From Hemiscyllium ocellatum (lineage: Eukaryota): 64,000 nt of DNA. Positions 12,011-22,878 of the stretch are shown here, piece after piece (position 1 is the stretch's first letter; the number at the start of each line of letters is the position of its first letter). The position numbers were made by a program, and so were the translations under genes. The stretch lies in contig NC_083416.1 in NCBI RefSeq assembly GCF_020745735.1, forward strand, positions 53,283,131 to 53,347,130, read 5' to 3'. The notes under the pieces are model-generated. The model searched no databases. It was given only the letters and a program-made list of their open reading frames with translations, and was not told the DNA's origin.

Positions 12011-12240
12011 AGTCATTTAGACAAGTGGGAATTGTGGGAGCCATAATAATTATGCTGCATGATACCACTGCAGTTCTCTTAATCAATCTGTTGAAATGTG
12101 TTACATCCAGGACAGGTGGGATTTGAACTCAAAGGCAAGGACAACATTACTGCACCATAAAGGCCCATTAACCAACTTGTTCAGACATGTTATTACACAT
12201 CTCATGACTAGTGGGACTTGAACTGAGATCCTCTGGCCCA

Positions 12241-12263
12241 GACAGAGAGACAGAGACAGAGAC

Positions 12264-12306
<43 letters not shown>
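12241..12306. repeat. (GACAGA)n/(GA)n microsatellite
   Basis: Directly visible. Confidence 0.95.
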
Positions 12307-13649
12307 AACACTATCGCTATGCCATACAAGACCTGTCAGACACAAGGTGACTTTAACAAATCCAAATGGAAACAAGAATTCCTCCCCCTCCTTGCCCACC
12401 ACACCAGAAGCCTTTCCTCATGCCATTTTTCTCAGTGATATATTAAACTAAAAGTACTATTAAAAGGAAAACAGGTCTTGCTTTTGTGATTACTGGAATA
12501 AAATAGCAATCTCTGGGTACTGAAAGCACCAACACATGAATCATAGTATTTGGGGGAATTACAGAGACATTTAATTACTAATGGGGGGTGTGTGCGCGTG
12601 TGTCTGCGTGTGCGCATATGGAGCACTGGACCATGAATGGACAAATCACAGAGCTCAGAAGTTGAAGTACAAAAGTCTAATTGATATGTGGATTCCGATG
12701 GACTAGCAGCACTAAGGTTGGCTCCAGGAGACAGGAGAAGAGAGCTTTAAGTTATGGTTGAAGTATGAAAAGAGAGAAAAGTAGATCAAGCGAAACCTGT
12801 CTAGACTGCGACTCCCTTAAGTCAATGTAAAATCAAAATACATTGCTTTAGTGTTTGGATTTACTTCAGTTAAATGCAAAGAATTAACCACTGTGAATTA
12901 TTAATTAATTAAGAAGAATGATATTCATACATGAAGCGCAGTACAAATGTGTGTTGATAGTCATCCAGTTGAGTATTCTTTACTTTCTACATATTTTAAC
13001 AACTCAATTTAAGGAATGTCTTTTATATAATAATTCACCTTTTCAGAATCAAAATCACAAAAACTTTGGGGAAAAAAAACTAGTAAAATTATTGATTACA
13101 AACTGGATACAAATATAGCTGTCTTTATTATTTGGTAAGCTAAATTAGTGAATGCTGGGCATCCCAGAAGGAAGTTAACTAGGTACAAAAATGAACAACT
13201 TCCCCTTCCAAATCTTCTCTTTGAACACAGCATCTAATTGTTGCTGTTTAATTTTCATCCTCTTTTCAACTCTGGGGCAATCTTACACAATGGGCCTTTT
13301 TTTTGCCCTTGGAAATGAAAGACAAAGGAAAAAACTTGCATGCATATATTCCACAATGTAAAAATCAGAGAACATTTCAGCAGCCTCCAAGCCAATCAAA
13401 GCCAAGATACAGTCATCTGTATAGTGTAGGAAACACATTATCCCTTCCCTCTCCATTTTTCATCCTCTCTTTCCCGACTGTCACCAAATCTTGCAATTTA
13501 AATTTTACCAAGACACACAGTCCAAGTGTGAATAGAAACGCCACTAAGAGTTCGCTTTTACCCAATTACATGAAGCAGATTTGTCTCAAAACAACTCTTC
13601 TCAAAAACAAACACAGAAGATGCTGGCGTAACTCAACCATCTCCAATTT

Positions 13650-14295
13650 GAAACAATTTGACTACTGCCCGTTGACATTCCATAGTGTTACCATCACTGA
13701 ATCCCCCACTATCAACTTCCTTGGGATTACCATTGACCAGAAACTCAACTGGACTCGTCACATAAACGTAGTGGCTACAAAAGCAGCTCAGAGGCTGGGA
13801 GTGCTGTGGTAAGTAATTCATCTCCTCACTCCTCAAAGCCTGTCCATCATCTACAAGGCATTAGTCTGGAGTGTGATGGAATACTTTCCACTTGCCTGGA
13901 TGGATGCAGCTCCAAAACCTTTCAGGAAGCTTAATGTCATCAAGGACAAAGCTTGATTGGCACCACATAAATAAGTGTCTCGATTCGAGTGGTGCTGGAA
14001 AAGCACAGCAGGTTAGGTAGCATCCGACGAGCAGGAAAATCGACGTTTCGGGCATCAGGAATACATGGGAACACCACCAGCTGCAAGTTCCCCTCTATGC
14101 CACTTACCAGCCTGACTTGGAAATACACAGCCATTCCTTCACTGTCACTGGAGCAAAATCCTGGAATTCCCTCCCTCACAGTATTGTGGGTCAGTGATAA
14201 CATGTGGACTGCAACGGTTTAAGAAGACAGCTCACCACCACATTCGTAAGCTGGCTAGCCAATGATGCCCATGTCCCATGAGTGAACATTAAAAA
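13650..14295 (+). mobile_element. Old CR1-group LINE 3' part, with a Penelope family A terminus inserted at ~13975-14062
   Basis: ORF tail TINFLGITIDQKLNWTRHINVVATKAAQRLGVL. Reverse-complement similar to 6845-7500. Confidence 0.75.
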
Positions 14296-14499
14296 ACACA
14301 GCAGCCAGTTTGTGTACAGCAAACCCTCACCTAGGCAAAATGATGTCACTGCCACATTGCTCTAAGCTTTTGGTTGCACAATTATACCAACCATGACATT
14401 AGGGCTAATTCCCTGTGCTCTTCTGCTCAGGACAGCAGGCTAGTTTTCAGCTTAACATCTCATGAAGTTAGCACATTTAACTTTATTTCGTTATTTATT

Positions 14500-15415
14500 A
14501 AAATGATTTGGATGTGAACACAGGAGGAATGGCTATTAAGTTTGCAGAGGACACCAGAATTGATGGTGTAGTGAACAGTGAAGGTGGTTTTTGTCAGAGT
14601 ACAATGGGACCTTGCTCAAATTGGCCGGTGGAGTTTAATTTCGATAAACAAGAGACGCAATGCAAATCAGGTCAAGACTTTTGAGGGTGTATCCAAACAG
14701 GTTCATAATTCCTTGAAAGTGGCGTCACAGGTAGACAGGATAGTGAAGAAAGCATATGGTATGCTTGCGCTTATTGGTTAATGTATAGAATATAACAATG
14801 GGGATGTCATTTTGCAGACGTACAGAACATTGATTAAGCCACTTTTAGAATACTATTCAATTCTGGTCTCCCTTCTGAAAGGGTGCTGAAAAGATTTACA
14901 AAGATGTTTGATTTGATTAGATTAGATTAGCTACAGTGTTGAAACAGGCCCTTCTGCCCAACAAGTCCACACTGACCCTCCAAAGAGTAACCCACCCAGA
15001 CCAATTTCCCTCTGACTAATGCACCTAGCACTATGGGCAATTTAGCATGGCCAATCCATTTGACCTGCACATCTTTAGACAGTGGGAGGAAATCGGAGCA
15101 CCCAGAAAAAACCCACACAGACACGGGGAGAATGCGCTGAATTGCCAAGATGGAAGGGTTTCAGTGGCAGGGAGGCTGATTAGGCTGGGACTGTTTTCCC
15201 TGGAGTATCAGAGGTGGAGGGTTGACCTTAGAGAGGTTTATAAAATCATGAGGGGTATGAATAGGGTGAATAGCCAAGATTTTTTCCCCAGGCTGGGTGA
15301 GGCCAAAAGTAGAGGGCACAGATTTAAGATGAATGGGTAAAGATTTCATAGGGACCTAAGGGGCAACTTTTTCATGCAGAAGGTGCTGTTTATATGGAAT
15401 GGACGGCCAGAGGAG
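14500..15415 (+). mobile_element. Degraded CR1 RT 3' fragment, interrupted by HE1 SINE; 3' end resumes ~16850-17005
   Basis: VHNSLKVASQVDRIVKKAYGMLALIG and RLGLFSLEYQRWRVDLREVYKIMRG. Confidence 0.8.
14915..15135 (-). mobile_element. HE1-type SINE (5'-truncated)
   Basis: Reverse complement of the HE1 V-domain and tail, ending in (GATTA)n on the plus strand. Confidence 0.85.
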
Positions 15416-16700
15416 ACAATAGACAATAGGTGCAGGAGTAGGCCATTCTGTCCTTCGAGCCAGAACCACCATTCATTATGATTATGGTTGATCATCCTCA
15501 ATCAGTATCCTGTTCCTGCCTTATCCCCATTATCCTTAAGAGCTCTATCCAACTCTTTCTTAAATGAATCCAGAGACTTAGCCTCCAATGCCTTCTGGGG
15601 CAGAGCATTCCATACACCCACCACTCTCTGGATGAAGACGTTTCTCCTCAGCTCTGTTCTAAGTGGCCTACCCCTTACTGTGTCCTCTGGCTCGGGACTC
15701 ATCCATCAGTGGAAACATGCTTCCTGCCTCCAGAGTGTCCAATCCTTTAATAATCTTATACGTCTCAATCAGATCCTCTCTCAGCCTTCTAGACTAAGCG
15801 TATACAAGCCCAGTCACTCCAATCTTTCAGCGTAAGATTGTCCCGCCATTCCGGGAATTGCCCTCGTGAACCTACACTGCACTCCCTCAATAGCCAGAAT
15901 GTCTTTCCTCAAATTTGGAGACCAAAACTGCACAATATTCCAAGTACGGTCTCACCAGGGCCCTGTACAGCTGCAGAAGGACCTCTGCTTCTATACTCAA
16001 TTCCTCTTGTTATGAAGGCCAACATGCTATCAGCTTTCTTCATTGACAGCTGTACTTGCATGCTTGCTTTCATTGACTGATGTACAAGAAAACCTCGATC
16101 TTGTTGTACTGCCCCTTTACCTAACTTGACTCCACTTATGTAGTAATCTGCCTTCCTGTTCTTGACAAAGTGGATAACCACACATTTATCCACATTAAAC
16201 TACATGTGCCATGCATCCGTCCACTCACCTAGCCTGTCCAGGTCACCTTGTACTCTCCTATCATCCTCCTCACATTTCACCCTGTCACCCAGCTTTGTGT
16301 CATCAGCAAATTTTCTAATATTACTTTTAATACCTTCACCTATATCATTAATGTACATTGTAAAAAGCTGCGGTCCCAGCACTGATCCCTGCGGCACACC
16401 ACTGGTCACCACGTGCCACTCAGAAAGAGAGCCATTTATCACTACTCTGTTTTCTGTCAGCCAACCAATTATCAATCCATGTCAGTATTTTGCCCCTTAT
16501 ACCATGTGCCCTAATTTTCTTCACTAACCTCCTATGTGAGACTTTATCAAAGGATTTCTGAAAGTCCAGGTATACTTCATCCACTGGATCTCCCTTGTCC
16601 ATTTTCAGAGTTACATCCTCAAAAAATTCCAGAAGATTAGTCAAGCATGATTTCCCCTTCATAAATCCATGCTGACTCTGACCTATCCTGTTACTGCTAT
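15416..16700 (-). mobile_element. CR1 LINE RT fragment (5'-truncated, frameshifted)
   Basis: QHGFMKGKSCLTNLLEFFE, VTSGVPQGSVLGPQLF, KFADDTKLG and FIQRVVGVWNALP. Confidence 0.9.
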
Positions 16701-16714
16701 CCAGGAGGTGGTGA

Positions 16715-16845
16715 GACAAAAAAAAACTGCAGATGCTAGAATCCAAAGTAGACAGGCTGGAGGCTGGAGGAACACAGCAAGCCAGGCAGCATTAGGAGGT
16801 GGAGAAGTCAATGTTTCAGGTGTAACCCTTCTTCAGGACTGGGGA
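16715..16845 (-). mobile_element. Penelope-type terminal fragment with decayed hammerhead motif (16806-16840)
   Basis: Minus strand AGTC-CTGAAGA-A-GGGT(TAC)ACCT-GAAA-CA-TT-GACT. Confidence 0.6.
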
Positions 16846-17436
16846 TGATGGCTGGTTCAATTACAACATTTAAAAGGCATCTGACTGGCTATATGAACAA
16901 GTTGAGTTTAGAAGGTAAATGCTATATTAATTTAGGAAATCTGGTTGTCTTGGACAGGTTGGACCAAAGGCCTGTTTCGGTGCTGTACATCTCTACGACT
17001 CTATAATTACACACCTCCGATACAGAAGTCTTGCCAGATTTGCCCTTAAACTCGGAGACTGCAAATTAAATTAGAATTCTCCATTCCCCGGCCCAGCTTG
17101 CTCAGGCCCCAGCAGGAACCTGGGGCTCCCTTGCCACTACAACAGGTGGCAAACATACAGGCATAAATGTTCTCCTGGATACCAAACCCCAGACACGAAT
17201 GGACACAAGTACAATAATCAGAAAAAAAACATGCCAAGGGTTTATATTCTGCTGGAGAGTGCCGTTGGGAAAGGTATCCTAAAGCAGAAGGGGATGATGA
17301 ATCGATGCAGGGAGTTCTGCGGTTGGGCCTGAGGCCTACTCCATTAAGCCACCTTTCGCCCTGCCACTCGCTAACGCCTGTCGGACTGTTCTCTCCGCTA
17401 CTTAGCACCCGCAGCAAGAAACACATTCATCAGTAC

Positions 17437-17453
17437 CTGGACTCTCTGCCCAT
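17437..17453 (-). CDS. DDX46: DDX46 coding exon 1 (MGRES + phase-2 AG)
   Basis: Minus strand GAGCGAA-ATG GGC AGA GAG TCC AG|gtactg. Good Kozak context (G at -3 and +4) and a GT donor. Joined to exon 2 it gives MGRESRHYRKRSASRGRSGSRSRSRSP, the vertebrate DDX46 N-terminus. Confidence 0.93.
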
Positions 17454-17640
17454 TTCGCTCGGTTACAAAGAACGAAACCAGCGACTCTCCACCTTCGCCA
17501 CAATACGATGAAGAAGGAGCGCACGGCGCCAAGAAGAAAATAGACGCCATTCGACTTCCTGCAACAGCGCCACCGGCCGGCCGGAGGACTCAAATGTCGC
17601 TCCATCATTCACCGAGACACAGGGGACACAATTGGCATGA
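17454..17640 (-). promoter_or_regulatory. DDX46: DDX46 5'UTR and CpG-rich housekeeping promoter with ETS-, YY1- and CTCF-like motifs
   Basis: Locally CpG-rich non-repeat stretch. Minus strand CAGGAAGT (ETS-like) is followed after CGA by ATGGCG (YY1-like) at ~17545-17561. CCGGCCGGTGGCGCTG (imperfect CTCF-like) lies at ~17565-17580. No TATA box directly upstream. Confidence 0.7.
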
Positions 17641-18741
17641 TTGTATATTATATATTGTTATATATCAACAATAACAACTAATGCATTTATATACACCTTT
17701 AAAGCGGCGACAGGGCCCTCATTCGTGTCTGACCCAAATTCCACACATCTGCTTTCAGCCCTTATTATCTTTCCCAAAACAATAATAACATTCTACTTGT
17801 TGTCGATTTCCATCTTGCTGATCACCACATTCGAAGGATTACCTATTCCATTTCTGTCACCTCCAGCAGGATGTGACTGCTGAACTCATGTCTCTGTTCC
17901 ACTGTTAGCATTCCACAGGAACAGTTTCTTCCATTGTACCCTGTCCAATGCTACATCATTCCAAATGCTTTCTCACTTCCCATGGTACCTCTCATGCAAT
18001 CACAGGAGGTATAATACTTGCTTATTCACCTCTCCCCTCCTCACTGTTCAAGAAACATCTTCCAGGTGGAGCATTATTTCACATGCTTTCAATCTGGTAT
18101 GCAGTTGCTGCTCAAAATGCAATCTCCTTCACATTGACCAGTCAAAACACAGATGTGGGGATCATTTTATGGAATACCTCTGTTTTCCAAAGGAGTGATC
18201 TTGACATCTCAGTTACTTCAATTTAAAACAAAACACTTGTCCCTTGTGCTGATATTTTTGTCCTGGGCTTGCTGGCATTTTTGTCCAATGAAGCACAACA
18301 CAACCTCAAGGACAAAGGGTCAGTTAGACTGGAAACGTCAGCTCTTTTCTCTCTTTACAGATGCTGCCAGACCTGATGAGATTTTCCAGCATTTTCTCTT
18401 TTAGTTACAACCTCAAGGAACAACATTTCATTTTGAGAGGACTAATTCGTTCCCTTTCACATCTTAATTTACACCCATTTTACAGCTCATTTTTCTTTTC
18501 CACCACTATTAACAACCCCTTTGTCTTTTACACTGTGCCACTGCACGATCTGCCTTCATGGTACTCCTCTACCTCTGACAAAAATATGAAAAGAAACTTA
18601 TTTTACAGCATCTTTCAGTTCTAAAGCAGAAACATGCCAGACTTGAAATGATAACTGTTTTTGTCACCGCAGATTCAATCAGACCTGTTGAGTTTCTCCA
18701 GCACTTTCTGTGCTTGCCTTAGAGAACAGTTGTTTTCATGC

Positions 18742-18790
18742 TGCATCTGAGATCTGCATCTGCATCTGAGATCTGCATCTGCATCTGAGA
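18742..18790. repeat. Short tandem repeat, 19-bp unit TGCATCTGAGATCTGCATC
   Basis: About 2.5 copies directly visible. Confidence 0.85.
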
Positions 18791-18879
18791 CAGAAACCTG
18801 ATTAATTTAAATCAGTAAAAAAGATCTTATTATGGAGTTTTGAATCACACATGGACTTTTGCCTTGGTGAAATTAAACT

Positions 18880-19680
18880 GCCATGTAGAGGTAACAGTTG
18901 GAAAAAAAAAGATGAAAAATGGACAATGAAGAGACACTGGTTGAAGAAGAGTGGAAAAAGAAATAAGGCGGAAATGAAGATAAATAGTGTGAAGATGGAT
19001 GGGGAATGAAGGTGAATGTTGAGGTGGTGAAAATGAATGGGGGAGGATGAAGAGAAAATGTGAATATATATTAAGAGGAGACAAAAGTAACTCAGGAAGG
19101 ATATAAAGGCAAATGCAATGGGAAAAAAACATGGATGTGGAGGGGATGAAGATGAACAGGAAGGATGAAAGAGAAGTAGTAAAGACAAACAGGAAGCAGG
19201 AATGGCTAGAAGGTGTGACAGAGAAATGTTGAGGATTAGGAGGTGAATTTGGGGAAGGTGAATAGGAGGACAGTTTGGAAAGAGATAAATGTGTGAGGTT
19301 TAGAGAAAAGAGAAAAAGACAAGAATATGAGTGGGGAAGGTGATTCCTGAGGAAGGGCTCATGCCCGAAACGTCGACTCTCCTGCTCCTTGGATGCTGCC
19401 TAACCTGCTGCGCTTTTCCAGCAACACATTTCAGCTCTGATCTCCAGCATCTGCAGTCCTCACTTTCTCCTAGAAGGTGAGAGGAAGTACAGCTGATGAT
19501 GGAGAGTGAGAAAATGTCTAGGGATGAAGGGAAAGGGTGAGGATTAGATGGAATGACAGAAAGTGCCAGGTAAATTTGAAGGGAGGAGAAACTGGTTAGA
19601 AGATGAGTTGCCAGTGCAGGAGGGAATACTTTGAGATGGACAAACTGATCAGAAGAGGGGGAAAGGTGATTTGTGAAGAA
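18880..19680 (+). repeat. Purine-rich (GA) low-complexity tract
   Basis: Strong G/A skew. The minus-strand F/L/S-rich ORFs are a by-product. Confidence 0.8.
19343..19472 (+). mobile_element. Solo Penelope family A terminus with hammerhead motif (19343-19378)
   Basis: ATTC-CTGAGGA-A-GGGC(TCAT)GCCC-GAAA-CG-TC-GACT. Possible 8-bp TSD GAAGGTGA at 19336-19343 and 19473-19480. Confidence 0.75.
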
Positions 19681-19823
19681 CAGCAATAAATGGGAATTAA
19701 AGTTAGTTGTTAGTTATATCAATAAAGATTCAATCCATACAGGTGATGAACATGCTTTGCATAATTACTTGCACACATACAAAAGAAAATATTCTATAGA
19801 AACTTGGCTTGTAATGTGTGACA

Positions 19824-20296
19824 CTGCTGAAAAATGTGTTGCTGGAAAAGCGCAGCAGGTCAGGCAGCATCCAAGGAGCAGGAGAATCGACGTTTCAGGC
19901 ATAAGCCCTTCTTTAGGAATGAGGAAGGTGTGCCAAGCAGGCTAAGACAAAAGGTAGGAGGAGGGACCTGGGGGAGGAATGTTGGAATACGGTAGGTGGA
20001 AGGAGGTTAAGGTGAGGGTGATAGGCTGGAGCGGGAGTGGGGGCGGAGAGGTCAGGAAGAAGATTGCAGGTCCAGAAGGCAGTGTTGAGTCCGAGGGTTG
20101 GGACTGAGATAAGGTAGGGGGAGGGGAAATGAGGAAGCTGGAGAAATCTGCATTCATCCCTTGTGGTTGGAGGGTTCCTAGGCGGAAGATGAGGCGCTCT
20201 TCTTCCAGGCGTCGTGTTGCAATGGTCTGGCAATGGAGGAGGCCAAGGACCTGCATGTCCTTGGCGGAGTGGGAGGGGGAGTTAAAGTGTTCAATG
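19824..20296 (-). mobile_element. 5'-truncated Penelope-like element (family A): GIY-YIG C-terminus plus terminal repeat, 14-bp TSD
   Basis: HFNSPSHSAKDMQVLGLLHCQTIATRRLEEERLIFRLGTLQPQGMN. TGTAATGTGTGACA is duplicated at 19810-19823 and 20297-20310. Confidence 0.85.
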
Positions 20297-20361
20297 TGTA
20301 ATGTGTGACAGGCAGAAATCCTGTGCAATACATGGTTAGATGGTTCATAGAATGCTAAGTT

Positions 20362-20795
20362 AAAAATCACACAACACCAGGTTATAGTCCAACAGGTTTA
20401 TTTGGAAGTACTGGCTTTCAGAGCACTGCTGCTTCATCAGGTGATTGTGGAGAATAAGATTGTAAGACACAGAATTTATAGCAAAAGTTTACAGTGTGAT
20501 GTAACTGAAATTATATATTGAAAAATATCTGAATTGTTTGTTAAGTCTCTCATCTTTTAGAATGACCAAGTTGGTTTCATTTCTTTCATATGTAAATTGC
20601 AGAATTTTTTAAAAGGTTACATCCTCAAGTGCACTTCAATGTATTGAAGGTGTTAGCTCCCTGGGAGGCTGCCTGTGCCACAATAGTCAGACTGATTCTA
20701 ATCTAAAAAATGGATTTACAGAATCTGACATGGATTCATGCAGTTTTTGAGCAAAGTCAAATTAAATTCTACAAGTACAAATTCACCCCACAAAC

Positions 20796-20828
<33 letters not shown>

Positions 20829-22560
20829 TGTGTGTGTGTTTGTGTGTGTGTGGGGTGGGGGGGGGGTGGGGTATGAGTGTTTGTGAGAGAGTGTCTGTAT
20901 GTGTGTGAGTGAGTGTGAAGGGATTTAAGTCTGTGAGGGTACAGAAGGTAGAACAGAACATCACCCGATCACAAAGCAACACCATCCATGCTCTCAAAAT
21001 CAATCACAACATTGTCATCAAATCAGCAGATAAAGGAGGAGCCATCGTCATTCAGAAAATAACAGATTACTGCAAGGAAGTGTTCCCAACAACTGAACAA
21101 CCAAGAACACTACAGGCATCTACCAGCCAATCCAACCAAACAGCGCACCTGTGAACTGAACATATTGATCAGGATTTTGGACCCAGTTCTTCAGAGTTCC
21201 CTTTGCACTCTCATCCCACGTACTTCTCACGTAGGCAATTTCTACTGCCTTCTGAAAATACACAAAGCCAACACACCTGGACATCCCATTGTATCAGGCA
21301 ATGGGACTCTGTATGAGAACCTCTCTGACCATGTCGAAGACATCTTGAAACCCATTGTATGCGGGAACCCCAGCTTCTATCGTAACACTACAGATTTCTT
21401 ACAGAAACTCAGCACCCACGGACCAGTCGAATGGGGAACATTCCTCGTCACAATGGACATTTCTATACCTGCAACCTCCACAATGATGGCATCGCGGCAA
21501 CAGCCTCAGTACTCAACACCAACAACTGCCAATCTCAGAGAACCATCCTACAACTCATCCGCTTTACCTGGATCACAATGTCTTCACCTTTGACAACCAG
21601 CTCTTCATCCAGACACATGGAACAGCTGTGGGACCAAATTTGCACCCTATTATGCCAACATTTTCATGCATAGCTTCGAACAAAATCTCTTCTCTATGCA
21701 GGACCTCCAACCAACACTATACACCAGGTACATTGATGACATTTTCTTCCTCAGGACATGGCAAGGAATCACTGAAAAACTACAGTTTCATCCCACCATC
21801 AAACTCATCATGGACTACTTCTCATTCTTGGACACATCAAAGATGAGCACCTCACTCTCCCACAAAAACACAGATAACTTCACGATGCTACACGTCTCCA
21901 GCTTCCACCCAAAACATTTGCATACACAGGATCTGTTCAGATGAGGGGGAACGTGACAGTTACTTGGATGTACTCAGAGATGCCCTCATAAGAACGGGGT
22001 ATGATGCTCAACTGATCGACCGCCAGTTCCGATGTGCCACAGCGAGGAACCATAATAACCTCCTCAGGAGATAGACACGAGCTGCAACTGACAGGGTACC
22101 CTCTGTTGTCCAGTACTTCCCAGGAGCCAAAATACTACACCATGTTATTTTCAGCCTGCAACACATTATCAACGAGGATGAGCACCTTTGCCAAGTCCTT
22201 CCTCGTACCTCCACTTCTTGCCTTTAAACAGCCACCAAACCTCAAACAGATCATTATTTGTAACAAACTGCCCAACTTACAGGACAACACCAAATAACCT
22301 TGTCACGGTAACGTTGCAAGATGTGTCAGAATGTCGACACTGACCACCATTACGCATGAGAACACCGCCCACCATATGCATGGCAGGTACTATGCGACTC
22401 AGCTAATGTTGCCTATCTCATAGCTGAAGGCAAGGATGGCCTGAGGCATGGCACATTGGCGAGACCAAACAGAGGCTACTGAAACAGATGAATGGACACC
22501 GCAGAACAATAAACAGACAGGAGTGTTCCCTCCCAGTCGGAGAACACTTCAGTGGTCCTT
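20362..22560 (+). mobile_element. Penelope-like element (family B): inverted terminal segment (20362-~20940, minus) plus degraded RT/GIY-YIG ORF (plus)
   Basis: IVIKSADKGGAIVI, FYCLLKIHKANTPGHPIVSG, FLVTMD, YTRYIDDIFF and HIGETKQRL motifs across frameshifts. (GT)n tract at ~20797-20910. Confidence 0.88.
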
Positions 22561-22699
22561 CATTGAAAGACTGTTTTTTTGGCTGCACATCAGCCCCCCT
22601 CTCCTAAGCTTTGGTCACCCAATACAGAGAGGGGTGGGCAAGTTGGAGTCTGCACCTGAGCCTGGCCAAAGTGGAACTAATGGGTCTAAAGGCAGCTAC

Positions 22700-22868
22700 A
22701 TACCTGGCCCTGCTGGCTTGCATTTTAGGATCCTAAAAAAGTAGCTGCAAATTTAGTGGATGCATTGTTTGTAATTTTCAAAAAAGCCTGGGATTCTGGA
22801 GAAGTATCAGAGGATTGGAAAACTGCCAACATGACACCATCATTCAAAAAGGGGAGGGAGGCAAAAAC
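22700..22868 (+). mobile_element. Older CR1 RT fragment (resumes ~26605-27600)
   Basis: EDWKTANMTPSFKKGG... is continued after the insertion by RPISLISIIG. Confidence 0.7.
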
Positions 22869-22878
22869 TTTTTTTACA

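Noticed and set aside
18742-18790. CRISPR-like repeat
   Set aside because: It is a simple tandem duplication without spacers in a vertebrate genome, and there are no cas genes.
18802-19188. Hydrophobic membrane-protein-like ORFs
   Set aside because: These are the translation of the complement of a purine-rich low-complexity tract.
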